Source: Octopus vulgaris
Lineage: Eukaryota
DNA: 64,000 nt
Direction of reading: 5' to 3'
NCBI GenBank assembly: GCA_951406725.2
Contig: OX597827.1
Location: 44,516,001 to 44,580,000 of the forward strand
Under the pieces are notes generated by a model. The model was not told where the DNA came from. It did not search any database and saw only the letters and a list, made by a program, of their open reading frames with translations. This document shows, one piece after another, positions 12,410 to 25,366 of this stretch (the first letter of the stretch is position 1; the number at the start of each line of letters is the position of its first letter). Made by a program: the position numbers and the translations under genes.

Positions 12410-14230
12410 CTGCGGAGAGAAATGGAAAATCATTAGTATAGAAAACAGGAAAGTTAAAAGTAAGAAAATGGAAATGAAATTTAAATAATCATAAACATTA
12501 ATTTAAGTAATCATTGATAGGAATTTATTTAATCATTGGTAAAACTTAATTGAGCATTGATATGGAAAGCCGACACAAAATGATAACAGCATCATCTGTA
12601 TCACCACCACCATCATCATTAGTGTTAAATAAACATCAAAGACAGACAAAACTAAAAGTAGCCCAAGTCAGCAAAAATATTTCAATAAAGTTCTCATTTA
12701 CTCAATAGGATCCAAAACGCTTGGAATTTCCCTCAGAAATGCAGTTTTGCTTGGTTGGTAGGGGTTAGAGTTCATACATCTCTCCCATAATACAGAAACT
12801 TATTCAAACTGGCAATTATGACCAGGGATTTGTTTTCTGATTAATGCAGAACAAGTCTACAATGCAGTGGCAACCTTCTCTCTACTAAACCACATGATCA
12901 CCACTACACCTGCCACCTAACCAACTCCCTGTTCTTAAGGTATTATACTGGTGTTGATAGGATTGTTTGCTGACAAACAGAATCTAATGGCAAGCGTCAT
13001 CTACTACAGCCCGGGGCCAGCCAAAGCCTTTTGAATGGATTTGGCCGACAGAAACTGAAAGAAGCCCATCGTGTGTGTGTGTGCGCGCGTGCGTGTCCGT
13101 GTTTGTCCTCCCACCATCACTTGACAGTGGCTTGGCAAAACTGACCGATAGAATAAGTACTAGGCTTACAAAGAATGAGCAAAGGTTGACTTCTACATCA
13201 TTTGGTTAAACTTAATGCCCTCACTGATACTGCAGTGCAACTGATATTTAACATACCCATTTCTCAAATGGATAAATCAGCAGAGATGTAAATAAATATC
13301 TGTAACAGCTTACTGGCCTTTGCACCAAGCTGTTTTTCCATGGATACATTATATGAAGATTATCTTCTGAAGTACTATGTACGTACACACACACACACAC
13401 ATAGAGGTAGACCGAGGCAGAACACATTTATGTATGCAACTTAAATCTCAGTAACTGATGGATGTAGAAGAAAGTAACACTTCTTTTATTACTGTTATCA
13501 CACAGGCTGTAAGGTTAAACTGTTTGTCATTTTGGTATAAATATCTGAGGGTATTGACTGCAGCAGGACAACCAAGAACACAAAAAGAAAACCAAAAAAA
13601 TCTATCTAAAATTAGCCTGAAATCAGAACAACCACATCACCAACAAGAATAATATGAAGAATTTATAAAGGTGATGGACCTCAGAGCACAGTGTGGTGAA
13701 TTAATCTCATTTGGCACAGTAAAAAGAATTTCATTTGGCACACCTGTCTGGTTCTGAAAATATATATTTTCTTGTTACTCCTAAGGCAACAAAAGGTCAT
13801 CAACCAGCATCCACTCTTCCCTGCTCACAGCTTTACTGCAAGGAGGTTTATCTACTATATTAGTAGAATATGAGAAGTAAACATAATTTCATATTGAGGA
13901 AGAAATCCAAAAATACGTAGCATTTTATTTATGCTCCAAATTAGCACCAATAAGATTCTAAAAAAAATTAATTAAGTGCTCACTTGTCCAGCAATGCCAA
14001 ACACAATAATACCTAAGCTGCAGTTCAGCAGTAGCAGCAGTAAGAATTTCCAACATTTGCCAAGAGCTACAATGTTTGGAATCAAAGCTACAAATTCTAA
14101 GGACGAATACAATTGATTAAAATCTCAGTATGTGACAGGTAAATAATTTATTGACTTCCCTCTAAGATTGAAAAGAAAAAGCAGTGAGCATAACTAAATA
14201 CTGTAGAAGCAATTTATTTGATGCCCTACC

Positions 14231-14980
14231 AATAATAATAATAATAATAATAATCCTTTCTACTAAAGGCACAAAGCCTGAAATTTGAGGGAAGGGGATT
14301 AGTCAACTACATCAACCCCAGAGTTTCACTAGTACTTAATTTATCAACCCTGAAAGAATGAAAAGCAAAGTCAACCTTAGTGGAATTTGAACTCGGAACA
14401 TAAAGACGGAGGAAATACTGCTAAGCCTTTTTGCCCAGTGTACTAACAATTCTGCCAGCTCACCGCCTTAATATCATCATCATCGTCATTTAACATCCAT
14501 TGTTCATGCTGACATAGGTTGGACAGTTTGACTAGGCTGGTAAGCTGGAAGGCTGTGCTAGGCTCCAGTCTGATTTGGCATAGTTTTCTACAGCTGGATG
14601 CCCTTCCTAATGCCAATCACTCCAAGATTGAGTGTATTGTGTGCTTTTATGTGCCACTGGCATGGGTACCATTTGCATGACACTGGTATCTGCTACGACT
14701 GTGATTTTGCTCGGTTTGATGGGTCTTCTTCTCATGCCAAAGGCTTTGGTCATTGCCTCCGTGAGGCAATAATAATAATTCTTTCCACTATATGCACAAG
14801 GTCTGAAATTTTAGTAGGGGAATAGGGTTAACCAATTACATCAACCCCAGTGCTCAAGTGGTACTTATTTTATCAACTCTGAACAAATAAAAGACAAAGG
14901 CAATCTTGGCAGAATTTAAACTCAAGAAAAGCTGCAAAGTATTTTGCCTGGCATGCTAATGCTTCTGCTAGCTCACTGCC
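14231..14980 (-). mobile_element. Cluster: SINE B (14231-14467), family C retroposon tail (14474-14766), SINE B (14769-14980)
   Basis: Reverse-complement matches to the SINE B copy at 43290 with CpG decay. The middle element has GGATGCCCTTCCTAATGCCAA and (CAT)n. Confidence 0.75.
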
Positions 14981-17213
14981 ATAATAATGATGATGATGAT
15001 GATGATTTTGCATTATATTAATGCACAACATGAATATGTCTACTATTTAAATGTGTCATATAAGGTATAGAGCTCGTTCATCATCTTGTCAGCAAAATTA
15101 CATAAATTTGTTACTTTTATAAGCTGGAAGCCAATGGGCAGAGGGAAGACTGCAGGCTTAATATACCACTAACATTGCCTGACCAATGAAATAAAAACAG
15201 ATTCCAATAGCCAGCCGCTATAATGAAGCGAAATAGCTATGTCTATACCCCCCCCCCACGTAATACTTTCAATTCATTATTCATGTGAATTCTGCATAAG
15301 CCAGGTCAGTCCTTGTGTGACAAGCGTAGGGTCAGACATTGCATTGGCAAAGAAACACAAAAACACTGACCACCAGCAGCAGTCATCTGCATTGTAATAC
15401 ACCAAAACCAACACCGACAGATATTGAGGACATTTTCTGACTGGGTAAAATTTGAGAACCAGCAGCAATCTAGTTCTTCATTTCTTTTTGTCTATGTCTA
15501 TCAATTACATTTTCTCTTATTCATTCCAACTCTCTAATTAGGTAATAGGGATAGAGGAACCACTTTCTGCACTTCAAATACAAGTTTTAAAAAAACTATA
15601 TTGAAAAATCTTTTAGCTTAGAACAGAGGGGGTGACAAACAAGACACAAAATCAGAGGAAACAGAAGTAGAGTCCACAATGAAGTTCCAATTTTCAGTTG
15701 ACAGTACTTCACTTCACACTCTCACCATGTTGTTCAGAAAAAACATCATTTTAACGTCCACTTTTTCATGCTTACATGGGTTAGATGAAATTTGCTGAGG
15801 TAGATTTTCTATGGTCAGATGCACTTCATTTTGCCAACTTTCACCACTTCTCAAGTAAGGTAATATTTCCCCATGGTTGGACCTTTTCATGAAGGATTGG
15901 AAATAAATGACACCACTTGCATGATGGTGATGCTCATTTTACAACTATTACATAACGTCAAGACAAGGAGACACAAACACACACCACCATGCATGCACAT
16001 GTATGTGCATGCATGGTGTTGAGAAACTGAAAGAAGCCCTTCTTCTATGACGGGCTTCTTTCAGCTTTCATCAACTAAATCAACTTCGGTTGACCCAGAG
16101 TTATAATAGGTGTCACAAAACAGGACTGAACCAGAAACAACCTTTACTGCACAACCATGCCTATATCCATCATAATTCAACATCTCTAAAAATCCTATGG
16201 CCGTTATTACCAAGAGAAAACCAGTAAAACACTCAGGCATACAAGAAGAAACCGCAGTGTGCAAGTCAAAGAGCAAGCTAGCTTGTGTCGATAACAGAAC
16301 TCACAAACACATACAAAAAACAAAACAAAAAAAAACCCACTGAGGTAACTGAAATCATTCTCAAGTTATGGGGGCAATGAAACTAGCCAGCTCAATTCCA
16401 ACATATGAAACACAAATAAATATACTCAGCATACAGGATTAGTTTCAAATCCTTTATAATCTCCCCATTCAATTTTCTTCCTTTATGTGGACATATATGT
16501 CCACTCTCTTTCCTCAAAATTATCTATTTGAACTCGCTGACATATGAGGTGTATATGACTAACTCTTCTCTACCTGAAAACATCCAACTAACTGTACATA
16601 ACATTTTAACCTCCTCTTATTCACAACCTTTTATTTTTAATCAGGTTACTCCAGTTCTTGTCATAGCAGACAACACTAATTGCTTAATTAGTCAATTTGT
16701 CTTTTCTGAAGCTGTAAAAAAAAGTCGAAGCACACGCTGCTCCAATTATTCCTTTTAACAAACAGACAACAGGTTATTTTTCTCTTTGGCTTGCACGACT
16801 CAAGATTCATTGCCAATATACAACAGCACTTTCAGAAAGCATTCTTCTATACTGATAAGGAACAATTCAACAAAATATCAGGCTACTATAATTACAAAAA
16901 GAGAAAAAAAAGAGTTTCACTGTCAGCTATGAATATGTATTAAAGTGCTTGTCACCTATACAAAGAGAGGATGATTGGTGTGACCAAACAATATGTGGCT
17001 GGCATCCACAATGTATAAGTACATAGTCAACAAAAGCTTCTCAATAATGTTTTAAAATGAGACCATTTCTGCCAACTCTGAAATGAGCACTCCAACTGGA
17101 AAATATCCTGGATGAAAAGACACTTAGTAAGCAGATGATGTCCTTGAGCAGCTATAAAGTCACTACTGGAATACAATGTTAACAAATAAAGAAGCATGGT
17201 GCTTCAACAAATA

Positions 17214-17575
17214 GGCGCAGGAGTGGCTGTGTGGTAAGTAGCTTGCTTACCAACCACATGGTTCTGGGTTCTGTCCCATTGCATGGCACCTTGGGCAAAT
17301 GTCTTCTACTATAGCACCAGGCTGATGAAAGCTTTGTGAGTAGATCTGGTAGGCGGAAACTGAAAGAAGCCCGTTGTGTGTGTGTGTTTGTCCCTCTACC
17401 ATTGCCTGACAATGGATGCTCGTGTGTTTACGTCCCATAACTTAATGGTTTGGCAAAAATGGATGATAGAATAAGTACTAGGTGTACAAAGAATAAGTCC
17501 TGGGATCAATTTGTTTGACTAAAGGCGGTGCTCCAGTATGGCCGCAATCAAATGACTGAAACAAATAAAAGAATA
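17214..17575 (+). mobile_element. Near full-length SINE family A with type-1 tail
   Basis: GGCGCAGGAGTGGCTGTGTGGTAAG (A box), GGGTTCTGTCCC (B-box-like), CCTTGGGCAAATGTCTTCTACT, (TG)n, tail GATAGAATAAGTAC...GCTCCAGTATGGCCGCA...GACTGAAACAAATAAAAGA. Confidence 0.85.
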
Positions 17576-18706
17576 ATGAAAAATTCTAAAAATATATATA
17601 ACAGATTGGCATTGATTAATTCTCATCCAATCGAAGTATACTTTTTGAAGAAACAATAGCTAGGAATTAATACCATTCAAAACAAATATCACTAACAAGA
17701 CTGTGGCCATGCTGGAGCACTGCCTTGAATGGTTCAGTCAAACAAGTTAGCCCCTGTATGCAAGTCCAGTACTTACACTATTGGTGTCTTTTGCCGTACT
17801 GCTGGATGTCAACAAACCAACACCAGTTAAGTACTAAAGTGGATAAACATTTACATACACACACACACAACAGGCTCCCACAGTTTCCAATATATAAGTA
17901 CATAGTGAAACACCTATACACTAGGCTTTGTTTCCATCTACCTCATTCATTCACAAGGCATTAGTTTTTGACATGTGAAGCCGTGGCAATCATTTCTAGA
18001 GAATATTGTAGCAGGTCATGTTGTAACTTTTACCAAGAGATTCAGTAAACCCTATAATGTGATCACCACATGAGATAACCAATGATTTCTGTAAATAATA
18101 ATGCTGCAGACAGCTTCGAAAAAAAAAAAAAAAGATAACCATGTTTTCTTCCTATATTATAATTTGTATTACCTTTCTTGTTTATTTCCAATTGTTGCCA
18201 CATAGAGCAATCTTTCCTTCTATTAAGTACAATTCAACTATGAAATTTAACATGTGTTGTTAAAACAAGAATGTATGTGTGTGCGCTTGTATCTATGTAT
18301 GTTTATAAGTGGGGGGGGGGGGTGTATAAATTCATAGATAGTTAAACAGACAGACATAAATACAGAGAGAGGAGATGGAGATGGATAAGCAGATAGATAG
18401 ATAGATGGATAGATAGATATGTAAACAAACTAGGAGAAATAACTCATAGTAACCAGTGGCTTGAGGATGTATTCTAGTAAATATTAAGTGCTAAGTGTAT
18501 GTATGATTTTCAAAAGAAATCATCATTGACTCAATTAGCTGAAGCATTGAAAGAACTAAAGACTTCCGTCACAAAATGAAATCGGTTAATAAAACAAATT
18601 ACTAAACACCAAAGTTAACAAACTAGTTGGTTTAGTAACAACAACTAGCCATAAAAGAAAAAAAAAAGCCAACCACTCAAAAGCAAAATAATAAAACCAT
18701 AAAAGC

Positions 18707-18930
18707 AGCGGCAAGCTGGCAGAATCGTTAGCACACTAGACAAACAAAATACTTATTGGCATTTCATTTGACTTTACATCCCGAGTTCAAATTTCACTAA
18801 AGTCAACTTTGCCTTTCAACTTCTTTGGAGTCAATAAAATAAGTACCAGTTGAGCACTAGGGTTGGTGTACCTGGCTAGCTCCCGTCCCTAAAATTACCG
18901 GCCTTTTGGCACCAAAATTTGAAACCAATA
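18707..18930 (+). mobile_element. SINE family B (Meta-domain-like core)
   Basis: GCGGCAAGCTGGCAGAATCGTTAG...GAGTTCAAATT...GTCAACTTTGCCTTTCA...AAGTACCAGTTG. Confidence 0.8.
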
Positions 18931-21900
18931 TTAAAACCACAAAGAGATGAACGAAGTTATATTACATACAGAGAAATCTCAAGTGACCACTAGAAGAATT
19001 CACTAAGGACCTGCATCAGTGAGAGTCCGAGTTTGTACATTCACCAAAGGGTTCTCTCACCTGAAACCAACATTTCTTCCTTTTAACAACACACAGAGGT
19101 AACTAAACTGTTTGATGATTAATAAGTCAGCCACACCTACCGCCACCCAATCTGTATTCACTTGTGACATGCTATCCGTGTTAGTCATACAAATCAATGA
19201 CAGTGCTATTGATTAGTAAACAGTCTCTGTACTAATCATACAAAATACCACTGGCAATATAATCGCAATTGCATAACAAGGATTCCTTTTTAGTCTTTTT
19301 CCTAATGCTTCGAGGTAATCCTACTTTTGAAAAATTATATTTGGGAGGCAGCGGGTGGGTGAAGAAGAGGGTGCAGTGTTCATTAATTGTTAGGTCATTT
19401 TACTCCTCATATGAGCAATCTATTATTGGAGTAGATATTATTAACCATGGTGGAATTTAAAGCGAAAGACATGCAATACAAACTGCTATAAAGCCTCCCA
19501 TCTTTCTCTCTTACTTAGTCATCACTAGACAGCAATAACAAAAAAAATATATTAAAAGCAAGCAAAACAATAGCACTTACAATTAAGAAATGACATAACA
19601 AACAAATAAGTAAAACTGAAGTAAGTGGATTAACAACAATTTGGGTAAATATTCTCAAATTTTCCAGATTAAAGTATTAGAAGATAATGTTAGCAAAAAC
19701 TTTATTGATATATAAGGAAGAAATAATTATTTAAAATGCTCAAGTTTTATGATGGCATTGCAACAGACAACTTTCTTACAAAACACAAGTGTGGATCAAT
19801 CTAAATGTAAGACAAAATACACAACTAAGACATCAAAACTAGACATAAATGGACATTAGTTCATATATTAAAACACCTGCTTTAACAATCCTTCTATCTT
19901 GAAATAATATTTCCTGCACAGCAAGAAATCTCGTTAATTTATGAAACTTAAACAATACATTCCACTCCAGTCATCTGCTCTTTAAATATTCATCAGAACA
20001 GTAGAGATTTTGCGTAAGCAAACTTCAAGTGAAAGGTACACACCATGTAACAGACTGCAGCAACATGGAAATATACAAGTTGATGGAAATACAATACAAG
20101 CATTCTGAACTAGGATATAAAAACAATGATGATTTGTCAGTTTCTTTAAAGCAATATATAGGAAATCTATTTTTCTTTATATTCTATTATGTACATACAT
20201 AATATCATCATAGTTTTGGCATCTACTTTGCTGTGCTTGTTTGGGTTAGATGGAATTTATTATATACAGATTTTCTACAACCAGACGCCCTTCCTGCTGT
20301 GACCCTTTATCTCCCAATAGCCAAGTCATGTTTTGCACAGAATACCGGAAATGAATAACATTCATTTATAACGAACACGCAATGTCAAGACAAGGAGGCA
20401 TAAGTATACACACATGCGCGCACACACACACAGATAGAAAGATATTAGGGTGTCTTTCAGTATCTACCAACCAAATCTACTCACACTCATCCAAAGTGCG
20501 ATGCAATTAGACTGAACCTGAAACCATGTAGCCGGGAAGCAAACTTCTGAACACATGACTACAAGTGGCTAAATGACAAAGATGTAAGAGTATAGCACAG
20601 AATGTTTTGCAAGGTTTTCAACTTGTCTACAGTTTGAGTTCAAATCCCACCTAGGTCAACTTTCATCCTAACAAAGTTGTTTAAAAAAAAAAAAAACAGT
20701 ACCAGTCCAGAGCAGTAGATTAGAGGAATTGTTTAAGCAGTATCATTCTAAGTTCAAATCCTGCCTCATCACTGAAAGATGTTAACCCTTTTATCAAGAG
20801 ATGCAACCAACAGTATCAGCAATTTGGGGGGGGAAAAAATCAATGGAAACGTAGTGGAGGCATGTGGCATAGTGGTTTCAATTCCTGGACCGGGTAATGC
20901 ATTATGCTCTTGAGCAAAACACATCACTTCATGTTGCTCCAGTCCACTCCACTGGCAAAGACGAATAATCCTGCGATGCAACAGCATCTTGTCCAGTGGC
21001 ATGTGTATGCCACAGAAACTGGGGAGAAAGGCCTTATGAGTCTACATGGCTCAAGAAGGAGCTACATCCTTTTAATGGAAACAGCTTCTTTGATTGAACT
21101 GGAAGATCCACTGTCACCACCACATTACAAAAGCAATAGCCACTGGCAGTTGTATTTTAGCCACAGATCATCATTGATGCAGCAAGCCAATGATCTTGAC
21201 CGTACCTTTTATTAAAACCATTATCTTGGCTACATCATCCATTGTGACCAATATGGTTGCTATTAGTAGAAACCTTTTTTTTTTTTTGAGTAGCCATAAT
21301 TTACTCTGCTGAAGAACACAAATGTAGCAGAGTTAATCCTTTAGCATTGAGATTATCCTATGAAATGTAAATCTTATTCATTCATATGATTTTAATTAAT
21401 CATGCGTTATCTTGTAGCTTTGAGTATCCAATGATGTGATTGTTTAATTTTTGAATGGCATCATAGAGAAAGTGTTAGAGGTTGGACCTGGCCAGTGTGA
21501 ACAGCATGCACAGAACAGGTTGAACATTTGGGTCAGATATGGCTGTTTTAAATGCTAAAGGGTTAACAAGAAAAGAAGAAGATTCAAAAGAAAATATCAT
21601 CAGTATCATTGTGAGAATATGCTGCTGCTAGATATAGGTTTTAAAACATGTAGCCCTTGTTTTAACCCTTCTGATACAACAAACCTGAGACCTTCCCCGG
21701 TTTTACAATGCAATCTCCCAGTTTTAAAGTAATCTAAATTAACACCTTCCTTCAAACTTACATGCTAATTTTTATCTTGTACACCAGCTCAATAGTGAAA
21801 AAGTTATTTTATTAAATTCTTCAGAATTTTCAAAATCAACGGAAACAAAAGCAGTGCACATCAACAGAATTATGATAACAAAATGGTGACAAAGACGAGT

Positions 21901-22304
21901 ATTTGCCCAAAGATAATTTTGTGATTAGGTGGAGCAGATTAAGCAAGGAAATTATGTGGAATCCTTGTTAATTTAAGCAAGAGAAGATTAAAAATTTAAG
22001 AGCAAATTCCTTGCAGAAAAGAGCAGACAACTAAAAATATTTTTTTAAAAAATACAATAAAAAAATAAAGCGAATTTTTAAAAAAGTAACATCCACCAAA
22101 ATCAAAGAGAAGCAATTAAATGTGAATTGGGTAAACTAGTTTCAATAAAGCTATTTTCAAAATGAACTTTCTGTACAAATGTTAAAAAAAAAAAAATATG
22201 AAGTCATTGACATAGCTAGTTACTTTTTGCTTCAAGAGATTCACTAAAAATAACTACGTATCTAAATGTATAATTGTGAGGAGGGTTAATGAGACAAGTC
22301 TATA

Positions 22305-22705
22305 TGGGTGGCCTGCTAAAAATAGCAGCAAAATCTCCCTCAAATTACAGGCTGTCTTACAAAAGAACACACAAGATGATGATGTCTAAATAAAAGATGC
22401 ATTTGATCATAGATCTGCTGAATGAGGATTAACCTGGGGTTAAATAACCACAACAATGGTATCTATAAGTTAACAAGCAAACTTTTGTTTAAATAATTGC
22501 TCAACCTACTCGGAAAAGCAGCCGAACTTCTCTCAAGTCAGAGAGTACCATCTTTAGAAAGGGAAAGTCTCATAAGATTGTATTATAGATGTTAGCGTTA
22601 GATACACACCCTGTAAATAAACAAATAAATGGAGAGATAAGATGGTCATAATGGAATGCTATTTGATCATAGATCTGCTCACTCCTGACTGACCTAAGGT
22701 TAAAA
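22305..22705 (+). repeat. Two copies of unclassified interspersed repeat family E
   Basis: Shared motifs CTGCTAAAAATAGCAGC.AAATCTCCCTCAAAT and TTTGATCATAGATCTGCT...GACCT. Also at ~8215-8370, 26790-26960, 53440-53760, 58700-59060. Confidence 0.6.
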
Positions 22706-24790
22706 TCCTAATATTACATTACTCCAATTCTAACTCTTCCACATAATTTGGTATCACAGTATCATAGCAACTGAAACATGGACCAGTGGAGAACAAGCAG
22801 CAGCAGTAGAGTGCTCTACAATTTAAAGAGTAATCGGAGTAAAGTCTATTTTAGAGTGGTGTGATAAAAAATAACTGGAATATTTTCACTAAAAGCAAAA
22901 ATAAAAGAAAAATAAACAATTACGGAAAAACAAAATAAAAATGAAATAAAGAGAGGTATTATATAAAATTCTGATTATGAGTACAATATAAATTTTAGGT
23001 CATATGACCACACCCACCCTTCTTTCTCTACATCCCCCCTCTCTCTCTGGCCACAGTTTGCTATTCAACCAACTTTCAATTTCCTCATATGAGATCTGAC
23101 CTAGAAGTAAAGCAGGTTGCGCACATAGTTTACAGATTACATTTTGGTGAAATGTCAAAGCAAGCTTCCATGGTGTTGGTGGTGGTAGTGATGGCAACAG
23201 CCAAGTTCTATTTCAGGAGTGTTCTATGATAACACACTAGATGGACTGAGGGAGAGCTTGAAGAGTAACGCTGAGAGGAATCTAATTCCACACTGCATTT
23301 CATACCCACCAAAATCCACCTACCTGAACTAAAACTGTTTTTTATTTTTTAAAAAAAAGACAACAGAGAAGAAAAAAAGATAAAAACAAAAGCATGTGAC
23401 TTTCATGAAGTCGTTGACATCCCTTTTATGCTTTCGAATTGGAACATGTTTGCTCACAACCAAAACTGTCACACAAGGAAATGTGTGCACATGCAGACAT
23501 TTAATACTTGTCATATTTCTAATGAAATAAATATGCATCAACAGATTTTGAAAGTATGAATTCAGAGGGATATAATAAATTAACTGTGTGTGTGAAGAGA
23601 GCAGAGTATCCTGCGCGTGCGCACACACACACACACACACACACATGCATGGCTGTGTAGTTATGTTTGTTTTATAACCATATGGTTCGAAGTTCAATAC
23701 CATCAAACAGTCCCTTAATCAAATGTCTACCATAGCCTTAGAGTGACTGAAAGTTATTGGTATAATACCCAGTTTTTGTATAGAAAGGTGTATAGATGGA
23801 TGAGATGAACTAAAAAACTTAAGGCCATTGTTTACTGATTTAAGGACGTCCAATGTCTGAAATCAATAAACAAACAACAACAAAGAAAAAAAAAGCTGTT
23901 AGAAATATAGTTTACCAAAAAGCTTTTCAACAAAATTACAATGAAAGTTTGTATTGCTCTGTTACAAAATGATACATTTTGAAGTGTTCATATCCAAATT
24001 ACAAACTTTCGTTTTCGGCAGTTTGGTTTCAAAAAGGCTACCAACAGTGTAATCTTTTCATATGGCACTGAGCATGCACTACATGGGAGAAAAACTGTGG
24101 CCACATAAATTCAGACAAAACAGTTCAAACATTTATTTCCACCACAGATAGAGGGGAAATGAATCAAAACATCCAACAGCTGCTATTTCACTTTTATTGG
24201 AGAACCATCAAAGCAAAGCATCCCTTAAGTAGCTGCCTGTATTACTGAAAATCTTTATACATCAGCCATCTCTTTCTAAAAGCTGGTTACATTGGATTAT
24301 GGGCACACTTATACTCATAGTCCTTTATATTTCACCAATGATTTAACCCTTTAGCATTCAGACTATTCTGTTAAGCATTGATTTGAATTAATCAGGCATT
24401 ATCTTGCTGCTCCTAGATTTCAATGATGTGATAATATATTTTTAGAATGACACTGCATGGCTGGTGTGAAAGGTTGAATTTAGTCAGTTTGCACTTGAAA
24501 CATGTAGAATGTTTGGGCCTGGTATGGCCAATTAAAATGCTAAAGAGTTAACTATAAAGAAGAGTCAGATTCAGAATTGAGGTCACCACTACTTAGGATC
24601 AGTAATGAATTTAAAATATAAATTGCTTCTTCATGTTGTAACATGAAACAGACAATAAGATAAACAAACATCTCTCACTCTCTCTATCACTCACTCATTC
24701 CAAGATAGGAGGACAAAAGTCTGTGGAAGGGAAAACAGGGCCAAATAACGTGACATGATATCTAGATGACTTTGATGTAAAATTATTACA

Positions 24791-25160
24791 TTGTTGATAT
24801 TATGTTAAACTGTCGTATGTCCAAATGCGCCCATCCCCCCAATATTTATTTTTGCTTGCAATAGCCGGTTCTTTTGGTCTATCATATCTATAGCTGTTTC
24901 AGATGAAAATTGTCAAAGTGTAGTACAACGGTTTAGCATTTTTCAAAAGTGTTGTAAGTCCTACATACGACAGTTTTGCAAAGATATTTCTGACTGAAAA
25001 TATCATACATAATGTAGAGTTATGATTTTAACGCACCCAACAAAGTATTATTAAGCTGAAACTGTTGCTAATGTAAAAAGAAATGGAATGGTGAAACTAC
25101 TTTTTCGTTTTCTGAAATGCAACGTTTTGGACTTACGACACTTTTGCATAATAGCAACAA
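24791..25160. mobile_element. MITE with ~35-bp imperfect TIRs, superfamily undetermined
   Basis: Left end TTGTTGATATTATGTTAAACTGTCGTATGTCCAAA versus right-end reverse complement TTGTTGCTATTATGCAAAAGTGTCGTAAGTCCAAA. Internal partial TIR copies at ~24945-24980. Confidence 0.75.
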
Positions 25161-25285
25161 CAAGTACTACCAGAATTACACAAGAAAACTCTAAAGACCA
25201 ATGGAACATTTTTTTCTAATATTAACGAGGGCAGAAGCGTTAAAAGGAGGAAGGTCTTGAGCCTTATAAATCCAGAGAACATTAC

Positions 25286-25366
25286 CTGCCTCTGGGAAGT
25301 GTACATAGTATAATAAAGCGATGTGCTCATGAGTTTATCCCAGTTTCCCATAGCACAGATTTTCAT
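25286..25366 (-). CDS. Possible short alternative first coding exon or uORF (27 codons, MKICAMGNWDKLMSTSLYYTMYTSQRQ)
   Basis: ACC-ATG start context, open for 81 nt to a phase-0 donor CAG|GTAATG, local CpG retention. No homology recognised. Confidence 0.2.

Noticed and set aside
17214-17290. tRNA-like A/B boxes
   Set aside because: These are SINE heads with no cloverleaf, so not tRNA genes.
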